Shown here in pieces: positions 7,581 through 15,008 of a stretch of DNA of 38,397 bases. This stretch comes from a virus. The notes under the pieces were generated by a model that was not told the origin of the DNA, did no database searches, and saw only the letters and a list, made by a program, of their open reading frames with translations. The stretch is from the IMG/VR virus record IMGVR_UViG_3300010357_000254, positions 1 through 38,397 of that record. One strand, 5' to 3'. Both the position numbers and the translations under genes were made by a program. The first letter of the stretch is position 1; every line of letters begins with the position of its first letter.

Positions 7581-7604
7581 CTCTCTGCTGTTTGGTGATA
7601 CAAT
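7577..7604 (+). promoter_or_regulatory. Sigma70-type promoter P2 (TTGACT-N16-TACAAT), twin of P1
   Basis: TTGACT at 7577-7582 and TACAAT at 7599-7604, with an A-tract upstream. Identical GTGATACAATACAGACAT block. Confidence 0.65.
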
Positions 7605-7638
7605 ACAGACATCGAAGCACAACACACAGGAGAACGAG

Positions 7639-7824
7639 ATGAGCAAATGGACAGTATGGGCAAACAGCGGAGTTTTCGGACCTTACGAGGCCAACGACGA
7701 GCAGGGAGCGCGCGACGCTTGCGCACGTGATGCCGGATACGAGAGTGAGGAGCAAATGGCCGAAACGCTCGAACAGCCAAGCGATCTGCAGGCCAAAGAA
7801 TACGACCCGGAAGACTTCGAGTAA
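7639..7824 (+). CDS. Small highly acidic protein
   Basis: caggag SD upstream of ATG 7639. 61 aa with 16 D/E versus 4 K/R by my count. Confidence 0.6.
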   Translation: MSKWTVWANSGVFGPYEANDEQGARDACARDAGYESEEQMAETLEQPSDLQAKEYDPEDFE

Positions 7825-7832
7825 CAACACAA

Positions 7833-7848
7833 GCCCGGTTCGCCGGGC
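7833..7848 (+). repeat. Stem-loop GCCCGG-TTCG-CCGGGC, copy 3
   Basis: Begins 9 nt after the stop at 7824. Followed by GCATTGAGGAG-N6-ATG(7866). Confidence 0.6.
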
Positions 7849-7865
7849 GCATTGAGGAGAACGAG

Positions 7866-8060
7866 ATGGAAGCCACATACATCGGTTTTGACGGCGCGCA
7901 ATACGCCGCGAAGTTTTCACCGGCGAGCGCAAAACTTGGCGGAAAGGTGAGCGTCGGAATCATTCGCGTTTTCCGCAATCACATTATGGTCGAGGAGCGG
8001 ATAACGACGGCAGCAAAATCCAGCGAGTTTTTTTCGTCAATCCAGCAGTCTGCCGACTGA
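7866..8060 (+). CDS. Hypothetical protein (last gene of the plus arm)
   Basis: GAGGAG SD upstream of ATG 7866. Confidence 0.55.
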   Translation: MEATYIGFDGAQYAAKFSPASAKLGGKVSVGIIRVFRNHIMVEERITTAAKSSEFFSSIQQSAD

Positions 8061-8109
8061 ACCAGCCCGAGACGGAAAACTGACGAGCAATCCTTGACAG
8101 TTCAACCAG

Positions 8110-8130
8110 CCGCCTACGGGCGGATTTTTT
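8110..8130 (+). terminator. Rho-independent terminator between the convergent arms
   Basis: CCGCC tacg GGCGG then a-tttttt. Lies between the plus-arm end (8060) and the minus-arm end (8138). Confidence 0.55.
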
Positions 8131-8137
8131 GTGCCCG

Positions 8138-8398
8138 TCAGATGCGCAAATGCTCGCGCATCCAAATCACTCCTGCGGCAACAGCGGCGACGATCGGGAT
8201 AAGGAATTTGAACGCGGAAATCATGAATTTTGATCCCCGGTACATTTCGACAAGATCCTTGATCTGCTCCTCGATGTGCCGATTTTCCGCGATGTGATCC
8301 CGTATCATGTCGTGCAACTGCAGAAGCACAGCATCCTGCTGGTCAAGCCGGTGATAAACCACGTCAAGGTCTGATTTTTCCCCCCGATCTGGCATCAT
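8138..8398 (-). CDS. Small tail-anchored membrane protein (function unknown; lysis or fibre-assembly candidate)
   Basis: TGATG overlap with the fibre gene. C-terminal hydrophobic helix FMISAFKFLIPIVAAVAAGVIWM. Lower GC. Confidence 0.5.
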   Translation of the reverse strand: MMPDRGEKSDLDVVYHRLDQQDAVLLQLHDMIRDHIAENRHIEEQIKDLVEMYRGSKFMISAFKFLIPIVAAVAAGVIWMREHLRI

Positions 8399-9837
8399 CA
8401 GTTGATCACCAAGAAATTAACGCGCGTTTCCGCAGTGGCTGCGGCATTGGCGTAAAGGGTGAAACTACCAGCTGCAGCCACCGCCTGGACCGACTTCATC
8501 GTCGAGTCGTTGGTGGCGACGGTGGCAACGATGATCGAGTTAGCCGTTACGCGCGAGTCCGTCACGACCTTCGACGCATCGGCAGCGGCGAAATTGACAG
8601 CCCCGGCGTTTTTGTCAATCGTCTGCGGCGTCGTCGTTCCGGCTGCAGTCACGGTTTTGCTGAACTGCATGTCGCCGGCAAAATAGTTCGGCGCAGTACC
8701 GGGCATATAGCAGTTATAGCTGCCTGATGCTGCGGCCAAATCGCCATAGAATCCGTAATTGCTTGCCGCCCCTGAAATGGACGAAGATGCGGTAAATCCT
8801 GACTGCGATGTTACTGTCGCGCTTGCTCCAAAGATTATTTTACCTGCGTAAAAATGATGCAGAAATGGAAGCGTAAAAGCGGCATCAACCACAGAAACAG
8901 CAGACCTGAACACTGATGCTGCTGTTGTAACACCAGACTGTATTGTGCCGGAGGCTAAAGCTCCGTAGGCATTTACTCCACCAGTAATCGGACCGGCCAA
9001 GTTCAGCACACGATCTGCAGCGGTAGCTCCACCAACCGCTGCAATACCAGATGCGCTGACGTTGGTGAAAAATCCTGCCAGCGGCGTCACCGTGCCGATG
9101 ATCACGTTGTTGATCTGGTTCCCGCCACCGCTGACCGTGCCGCCAAGCGTGTGTGCCGGGAGCGTCCATGTAGCAGCGGCCGTCCATGCGCCACCGACTG
9201 AAGCCACCGTGTTGATCACTGGCGTGGTCAGTGTCGGCGTGGTGCCGAACACGAGCGCACCGCTGCCGGTTTCGTTCGTAACCGCTGCGGCAAGGTTGTC
9301 GGAAGTCGGCGTGTGCAGGAAGGCACGCAGCGTGCCGGCGATTGTCGGAATGCCTGCATTTGAGTATGTGATCGCCATACCATCTTCAAGACCGACATCG
9401 TTTTCGGCCCAATACATTCCTGCCCCGAGAGCGCCCTGTGGCCCGGTGGCGCCCTGCAGCCCAGCAGACTTGATTGTGCCAGTGCTATTGATGGTCTGCC
9501 AGCCGCTAGCGTGCGTGTAAGTCAGCCTGTCGCCGCTTGCCAGCGTTACCTTGACGAGGTTATAGGTGCCGCTGCCGTTGTAGTAGCGAACCGTGATCGA
9601 CTGCGTAATCAGATCGACGTTGCTGATGTTGATAAAATCAACGTCGCGCACAGCCCCGCTGGATGGAGCAACCACGATCACAATCGCCGTCGTGCCGGTG
9701 AAATTCTGCGAAAGCGCCCCGCCCTGATAAGCGCCTGTCGATTGATCTGACCAACAGGTTACGCAAGTCGGATCAACCGTATTGGCGGCAAAGTCGCAAA
9801 CAGCCTCGATGCGCGAAAATGAGTTTAGACGGATCAC
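8398..9837 (-). CDS. Tail fibre protein
   Basis: 479 aa, G/T/A/S-rich, with a short GxY run (GLQGATGPQGALGAG). Last large gene of the structural arm. GTG start in GTGA overlap with the upstream stop. Confidence 0.65.
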   Translation of the reverse strand: MIRLNSFSRIEAVCDFAANTVDPTCVTCWSDQSTGAYQGGALSQNFTGTTAIVIVVAPSSGAVRDVDFINISNVDLITQSITVRYYNGSGTYNLVKVTLASGDRLTYTHASGWQTINSTGTIKSAGLQGATGPQGALGAGMYWAENDVGLEDGMAITYSNAGIPTIAGTLRAFLHTPTSDNLAAAVTNETGSGALVFGTTPTLTTPVINTVASVGGAWTAAATWTLPAHTLGGTVSGGGNQINNVIIGTVTPLAGFFTNVSASGIAAVGGATAADRVLNLAGPITGGVNAYGALASGTIQSGVTTAASVFRSAVSVVDAAFTLPFLHHFYAGKIIFGASATVTSQSGFTASSSISGAASNYGFYGDLAAASGSYNCYMPGTAPNYFAGDMQFSKTVTAAGTTTPQTIDKNAGAVNFAAADASKVVTDSRVTANSIIVATVATNDSTMKSVQAVAAAGSFTLYANAAATAETRVNFLVIN

Positions 9838-10214
9838 CCGGCGACTCCAATTTCACCTTCAGCCTCAAATGTGAGTGCCGTCGTGGTGCCTGCTCCGCCG
9901 ACCAGAAAGTCTGCCGTGTCAAGGCGAATCATGCCGTACCAATCGACGTAGCTGTTTGCCGGAACCGACTGCGCCGTTCCCATAAACTCGGTGCCAGCCA
10001 CGTTGCTGCCAGTCGCTCCGATCCACAGCGAGAACGTTGCCGCACTGGCGGTTTTATTCGCAATGCGAATGTGCCGAATCAAGATGTAGGTGGCCGTGTT
10101 GCTGGTGCCTCCAGCCGACACACCGCCGGTCAGGGTCTGCGGGTTGAGAATGTTGGTCGTCAGAGTCGTGGTCAGCGCTACGGGACCGATGCGAATGTTT
10201 TTGTTTGCCGCCAT
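9834..10214 (-). CDS. Small tail-fibre-associated structural protein
   Basis: ATG 10214 preceded by aggagc. 126 aa, T/G/A-rich. Confidence 0.55.
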   Translation of the reverse strand: MAANKNIRIGPVALTTTLTTNILNPQTLTGGVSAGGTSNTATYILIRHIRIANKTASAATFSLWIGATGSNVAGTEFMGTAQSVPANSYVDWYGMIRLDTADFLVGGAGTTTALTFEAEGEIGVAG

Positions 10215-10232
10215 TTGTGCCGCTCCTAAAAG

Positions 10233-10928
10233 TTAGCCGTGCGCCGCCGCAAAGGCCAGAATCCAAGTGCCAGGCGCTGGTGTCGAGACGTATCCTCCGT
10301 CCCCGCCATTGCCGTCCATGCCGTCCATACCGGGCGGCCCCGCTCGTCCTGCCGCGCCAGCAACGCCAGCCGGCCCCATCGGACCGGGCCAGCCGTCTTG
10401 GCCGTCAAGCCCGTCCTGCGCGGTGAGGCTTTGCGTGATGTAGTTGTTGGTCGTCCCGCCGCCGCCGCCAGAAGCCGCAAAGGTGATGTCTGGATACGTG
10501 CCAGTGAGTGTGACGTTCGCCCCGGCGATCGGGTTGAATTGTTCCGGTATGTCTCCGGGGCCAGAAGCCGCAAAGGTGATGTCTGGATACGCGCCAGTGA
10601 GTGTGACGTTCGCCCCGGCGATCGGGTTGAATTGTTCCGGTATGTCTCCGGGGCCAGAAGCCGCAAAGGTGATGTCTGGATACGCGCCAGTGAGTGTGAC
10701 GTTCGCCCCGGCGATCGGGTTGAATTGTTCCGGTATGTCTCCGGGGCCAGAAGCCGCAAAGGTGATGTCTGGATACGCGCCAGTGAGTGTGACGTTCGCC
10801 CCGGCGATCGGGTTGAATTGTTCCGGGATTTCACCGGGAATACCGCGCAGCGATTTCCACAGCAAATAGACCCACTGATCGAACCTGGCGTCTCCTTTTG
10901 CTGGCGGTTGCGGCACAATCACAGCCAC
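10233..10928 (-). CDS. Repeat-containing collagen-like tail fibre protein
   Basis: Four 31-aa repeats (IPEQFNPIAGANVTLTGAYPDITFAASGPGD) followed by 13 uninterrupted G-X-Y triplets (about 10293-10412). Start uncertain: GTG 10928 after GGGGG, with alternatives at 10922 and 10916. The upstream part of the long ORF to 11168 has low GC3 and is rejected. Confidence 0.7.
   Translation of the reverse strand: MAVIVPQPPAKGDARFDQWVYLLWKSLRGIPGEIPEQFNPIAGANVTLTGAYPDITFAASGPGDIPEQFNPIAGANVTLTGAYPDITFAASGPGDIPEQFNPIAGANVTLTGAYPDITFAASGPGDIPEQFNPIAGANVTLTGTYPDITFAASGGGGGTTNNYITQSLTAQDGLDGQDGWPGPMGPAGVAGAAGRAGPPGMDGMDGNGGDGGYVSTPAPGTWILAFAAAHG
10468..10839. repeat. 4 x 93-bp near-perfect tandem repeat (in frame)
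   Basis: Units start at 10468, 10561, 10654 and 10747. Copy 1 differs by one base (t versus c near 10499) and copy 4 diverges only in its last ~12 nt. Confidence 0.95.
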
Positions 10929-10951
10929 GACACACCCCCGAGAAAAACGCC

Positions 10952-11137
10952 ATGCACGATGCCGAATGGTGGGAATACAAGCTGATTTCGATGGCCATCT
11001 GTTTCTGCATCGCCGTGGGCTGCCATGTGCTTTACACGATCCTGACCAACGGCCGATCCCTGGAAGATGACGCGCGATGGTATGCGCAGCAGCGCAAGGA
11101 AGAAGCGGCGCGCAAGAAGGCGGAGCGCGGCAGATAG
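10952..11137 (+). CDS. Small membrane protein encoded opposite to the structural arm
   Basis: 61 aa: MHDAEWWEYKLISMAICFCIAVGCHVLYTIL (TM) followed by a basic tail QQRKEEAARKKAERGR. High GC3 in this frame and low GC3 in the antisense frame. Fills the only ~210-nt gap of the minus arm. Confidence 0.6.
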   Translation: MHDAEWWEYKLISMAICFCIAVGCHVLYTILTNGRSLEDDARWYAQQRKEEAARKKAERGR

Positions 11138-11139
11138 CT

Positions 11140-13194
11140 TCATCGCGTCGAAGCCCCGGCGCCCGCACTGCCGATCAGCAACAGTTCGTTGAGCATGGCA
11201 TTGCGCGACGGCGACATAGGCGCTGGCGCTGTCGGCACAGCGGCTTGCATGGCTTTGCGCACGTCCCCGGCGTTTCGTGTGGCCTGCGCCGCATTGCGAG
11301 CAGCGCCGACCACGGAGCGCATGAGCCCGGGCATTGGCATGGCATTGACGAAGTTCGCAACGGCGCTGCCGGTATTCGAGAAATTGACCGCCGACCCGGC
11401 CGGCGGCGACTCCATGTAAGCGCCGACTCGCCCGACCGTGCGCAGGGTGCTGATTTCCTCCGGAGAAAAAAACGCCTGCAGCCTGGCTGTGCCAATCTGC
11501 CGCATGCGCTGGTTGAACCGCTCCTGCGAAAACGGCTTGTCGCCTGAGACATTTTCGCCAAACCCTGCGCGCCGCAGTTCTGCGCCGATCTGCTGGCGAG
11601 CTTGATTGTATGATTCTGGCGCCTCTTTCTTGAGCAAGTCGGCCATAGCACGCAGTTCTTTGACATCGCCGTTGAGAACAAACTTTCTCACAAAGTCGTC
11701 TGGCGGCACTGTTCCATCTGCTGCCGCCTTGAGCGCGGGAATCGCGCGATGCAGGCCAAAGCGTTCGGCTGCCATCTGTCTGGCTGCGTCAAACGACGCC
11801 AAGGCGGCAGCACCCTCAGACGACGCGGGCTGTGCGCCTTGCAAGGCATTGCGCACCTGATTGATGGCCATGCGTTCGGCTGGTTGCGCGCCGCGAGCAG
11901 CCGCAGACAACACGCTATCAATTTGCACGGCGGTGTTGACGTTGAGCGGCACCGTGCCGGTAGAAACGTCGTTCAGCAGGTTGCGAATCTGCGCTGGCAG
12001 GTAGTGACCAAGCTGCCCCGCGTCAAGCGCATCGTTTGCCGCTTTGACAAATCCGACATGATCCAAATCGACGTAGCGCCCAGCCTCGTTGCGCGCGGCA
12101 TTGTATGCCTGATCAACGGCGCCTTTTGCCCGTGCGTCAAACGCGCCGAGATCCTTGGCCAAGCGAGCGCCCGCGCCGTACGCTTCATCGGCTTCATTGG
12201 CGAACCCGCCAAGTGCCCGATTCAGGCCCTCAGTCTGCCCGCTCAGGCGAGCGGCAATTGGCTCTCCGGCTCCGGAAATGCCTCGCAGATTCCGCTCGCG
12301 CGCAAACTGCATCGGATCGCGCGTGATCTGCCCGAGTAACGGCTGCTGTCCAAGCGATTCGAAGTCAGCCTTGCGCAGCGCCGCCGCTGTGTCGATTGTC
12401 GTATTGTTCGCCAGCGCATGCTCTGCCTGCGCGCGCAATTGGTACAGCACGGATTGCGGGATCTCGTCAATCGTCTGGCCCGACTCTGCTGCAGCCTGCG
12501 CAATGGATGCGTCAGCGGCATGCGAACCGGGCGGCACCTGGATAGCAGGACCCCATCCACCTGGAGGCGTTCCAGTCGGCGGCGGTGGCGTTCCGCGACC
12601 GTTCCACATCTGTGACACCTTCTGCCCCACGGCACCCGCTACAGGCGCCAGCACAGCGCCAGCAAGCCCCCCGACTGACCCTTCCTGCAACTTCTTCGAC
12701 CAGAAGTCTTGCGCGTCTTTTTCCGGCGTGAGCGCAGCGCCGACAGCGCCAGCAGCAGCCCCAGCAAAGCCTTGCCCGACACGCGTAGCCGCCATCGGCA
12801 CGCGCGACGCAGCGATCACATTGGACGGCGCCGCGACATTGCCGACAAGTCGAGCAGCATCAAATCCGCTGCGCCCTGCCGACTGACGAGCTGCTTCGTA
12901 TTGCGCCTCGTTGTCGGCGATGCCCGCATTCACCGAATCGCCGACCAGCGACTTGATGCCCGGCAAGTTTGCGCCCATCTGCACCAGTCCTGCGACAGGA
13001 TCAGCCATGCCCTGCATCACTCCGCCGACGGCAGACCCCCGCAGGTTTCCAGAGGCGCCGAACGTGTCTGATGCCCACTGCGCTGCCTTTTCCAGCATGT
13101 TGCGGTTGTCGGCCGCTGGAGGCGCATCGGACAGCACAAAGCGCCCCGGCACAGACTGCTGTGGCGGCTCATCTGACAGGATGAACTTCGGCAT
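11140..13194 (-). CDS. Ejection / internal virion protein (large, Gly/Ala-rich)
   Basis: 684 aa. TGATG overlap at 13192-13196. Glycine-zipper-like stretches (GFAGAAAGAVGAALT, GGLAGAVLAPVAGAVG). Sits in the position of P22 E-proteins. Confidence 0.55.
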   Translation of the reverse strand: MPKFILSDEPPQQSVPGRFVLSDAPPAADNRNMLEKAAQWASDTFGASGNLRGSAVGGVMQGMADPVAGLVQMGANLPGIKSLVGDSVNAGIADNEAQYEAARQSAGRSGFDAARLVGNVAAPSNVIAASRVPMAATRVGQGFAGAAAGAVGAALTPEKDAQDFWSKKLQEGSVGGLAGAVLAPVAGAVGQKVSQMWNGRGTPPPPTGTPPGGWGPAIQVPPGSHAADASIAQAAAESGQTIDEIPQSVLYQLRAQAEHALANNTTIDTAAALRKADFESLGQQPLLGQITRDPMQFARERNLRGISGAGEPIAARLSGQTEGLNRALGGFANEADEAYGAGARLAKDLGAFDARAKGAVDQAYNAARNEAGRYVDLDHVGFVKAANDALDAGQLGHYLPAQIRNLLNDVSTGTVPLNVNTAVQIDSVLSAAARGAQPAERMAINQVRNALQGAQPASSEGAAALASFDAARQMAAERFGLHRAIPALKAAADGTVPPDDFVRKFVLNGDVKELRAMADLLKKEAPESYNQARQQIGAELRRAGFGENVSGDKPFSQERFNQRMRQIGTARLQAFFSPEEISTLRTVGRVGAYMESPPAGSAVNFSNTGSAVANFVNAMPMPGLMRSVVGAARNAAQATRNAGDVRKAMQAAVPTAPAPMSPSRNAMLNELLLIGSAGAGASTR

Positions 13195-14228
13195 CAGTTT
13201 CCTCCCATGGCCCACTTGCCATTGATGGACTGCAGCACGCGACCATCAGGCAGCGTCAGGTATTTGCCGGGATGGTCTGAGGCTTTCGGCATCTTGTCCA
13301 TCTCGGTTGGCTTTTTAAGTCCGGCATATTCCGCTTGCACTTGCGCAATGGCTCGCTGTCCGGCTTCCGTGCGCAGTCCTGCGATAGCCTGCTTGCGGTT
13401 GTCGTTCTTCTGCGAAATCTTCTCGGTAGCGTCTCCGGGCTGCGGGAAATACTGCTGATTGGCGCTGTCAAATTCTGGCTGTCCGATAACGGCGCCAGAC
13501 TCGCGCCGGAGGATGGCATTGATGAAATTGCGCTGCGCTTGGTCGATTTGCTGCTGCTCAGGCGATTGCGTGAAATTCAGCGCAGTGCCAAGACCCGGAC
13601 CAACGAACGGCACAGACTCGCCAATCCGCTTGATCATGCCCGGCTGCACGGCGCCGTCTCGCCCAACGTCGTTGAGCACCTTGTCTGCCTCTTCCATCCT
13701 CAGGCCAAACATCGCGGCTTTGGACTGCCCCTCGGTCAGCGGCTTTGACACATCTTCAAGGCCTGGAATCTGCACGGCGCGCGTGCCATCCTCGGACCAA
13801 GCATACCCAGGCGGCAATGACGGACGCTTGCCCATCTGCGCCGTGCGCTGCTTATCATGGATGTCGAGCGCGCCAGACTGTAGCGCCTGCTGCGCCTGCT
13901 GCATCTTGAGGTTTTCAGACTGCCGCTGCCGGCTCGCCGCCCCATCGACGCCAAAATCAACCCGCTGGCCGTTGATCAGCGCCGCCAGCGGCTCGCCCTT
14001 GATGCGATACCCCCGCCCCGCCCCGGCAATCTCGATTGGATTGGCGTAGTCCGCCTGGTATGCAGCGCCAGGCGCCTGAGACTGAAACGAGTAGGTCGCC
14101 CCGGTGTCGTTGTTGCGCATCGTGTTGTCAGGCAGAGCAGGTCCTGCGGGCGCCTGTTGGCCTGCCGAGACGAGATCCCGAATCGTCATCAGTCGCGCAA
14201 TGCGATCCTCTGGCATCACCTCTACCAT
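13194..14228 (-). CDS. Ejection / internal virion protein
   Basis: ATG 14228 overlaps the upstream stop by 7 nt (ATG 14216 also possible). Q-rich. Sits in the position of P22 E-proteins. Confidence 0.5.
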   Translation of the reverse strand: MVEVMPEDRIARLMTIRDLVSAGQQAPAGPALPDNTMRNNDTGATYSFQSQAPGAAYQADYANPIEIAGAGRGYRIKGEPLAALINGQRVDFGVDGAASRQRQSENLKMQQAQQALQSGALDIHDKQRTAQMGKRPSLPPGYAWSEDGTRAVQIPGLEDVSKPLTEGQSKAAMFGLRMEEADKVLNDVGRDGAVQPGMIKRIGESVPFVGPGLGTALNFTQSPEQQQIDQAQRNFINAILRRESGAVIGQPEFDSANQQYFPQPGDATEKISQKNDNRKQAIAGLRTEAGQRAIAQVQAEYAGLKKPTEMDKMPKASDHPGKYLTLPDGRVLQSINGKWAMGGN

Positions 14229-14992
14229 GTGCTTGTCCTTTGAGGATTGATGTATCCCGTTCGCACGGCATTGGTAGCCGCCAGTTCGTTCGTTGCCAGC
14301 TTGTCCCGGTTGCCGGCGATCAGCGCACTCAGCGCCGTGCCTGTGCGGTTCTGCCATGCGGATTCGGCATTGGACTGCTCTTGATTGGCAAGCCCCATGC
14401 GCCCGAGGTTGTACTGGTTCTGCTGCCCGGTCAGCGCCCCGAGTCGGCTAACCTCGTTTCCGTATTCCTGACTGGCTGCGCCTTGTCCGTAGTTCGCCAG
14501 CGCCGCCAGCGTGTTGCCGCTGCGCAGCATGCCCTTCGCCGCTGCCGACCGTTCAAGCGCCTGCTGCCCCTCGTTGAACCGGAAACGATAAGCGTTCGTA
14601 TTGGATATCTCGTCCGGGTTGCTCATCAGCGATTGCAAGCGCTGCTCGTAGGGGTTCGTCAGCGGCACCGAACTGGCGCCGCCAGACTGCTGCCGCTCGC
14701 CCAGAAGCGCCTTGAGTTGCCCGACGTAATCCGTATTCCCGCCGATGGTTGCCGGATTCGACACCTGCTGCGCCATGCCCTGCGCCTGCATATTACCGGC
14801 AAGAATGCCCGCTGGCATGGTCTGCGTGATGCCGTTGATCATTCGCCGGTATTGGCCGTCTGGCTGCAATTCCCACCCAACGTCGCCTGCCCGAGAAAGC
14901 CATGGATTGTCTCGCATTTGCCTGTCTTGCATCAGTTGCCGTTGCCAGTCGGACTCGCGCTGCAATTGCGCCGAGTAGTCTGCCGTGCTCAT
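14222..14992 (-). CDS. Ejection / internal virion protein
   Basis: ATG 14992 preceded by gaggga. Q/N/G-rich, 256 aa. Confidence 0.5.
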   Translation of the reverse strand: MSTADYSAQLQRESDWQRQLMQDRQMRDNPWLSRAGDVGWELQPDGQYRRMINGITQTMPAGILAGNMQAQGMAQQVSNPATIGGNTDYVGQLKALLGERQQSGGASSVPLTNPYEQRLQSLMSNPDEISNTNAYRFRFNEGQQALERSAAAKGMLRSGNTLAALANYGQGAASQEYGNEVSRLGALTGQQNQYNLGRMGLANQEQSNAESAWQNRTGTALSALIAGNRDKLATNELAATNAVRTGYINPQRTSTW

Positions 14993-15008
14993 TTTGTGTC
15001 CCTCATCA

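Noticed and set aside
9460-10214. Possible fold-level similarity between the 126-aa protein (9834-10214) and the N-terminal ~125 aa of the 479-aa fibre.
   Set aside because: I see only a loose pattern resemblance by eye (alternating hydrophobic beta-like runs), too weak to claim paralogy without profile or structure comparison.
10468-10839. Possible CRISPR-like array.
   Set aside because: The repeats are directly abutting 93-bp units without spacers. They are in frame inside a structural gene, and no cas genes are present.
8398-10928. Diversity-generating retroelement targeting the fibre genes (considered because related podoviruses carry DGRs at the fibre locus).
   Set aside because: No reverse transcriptase ORF is present anywhere, and there is no template/variable repeat pair with adenine-specific mismatches. 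The only repeats are near-identical tandem copies.
10226-10985. Alternative-frame ORFs across the 93-bp repeats (10226-10918 -, 10239-10985 +, 10444-10869 +).
   Set aside because: They are open only because the repeat is periodic. Only the 10233-frame yields a fibre-like, collagen-containing protein contiguous with an SD-preceded start.
10929-11168. Extension of the repeat/collagen fibre ORF up to the ATG at 11168.
   Set aside because: That part translates to an R/C/P/W-rich sequence with mostly A/T third positions. It is antisense to a well-behaved plus-strand ORF, so the fibre gene is started at about 10928 instead.
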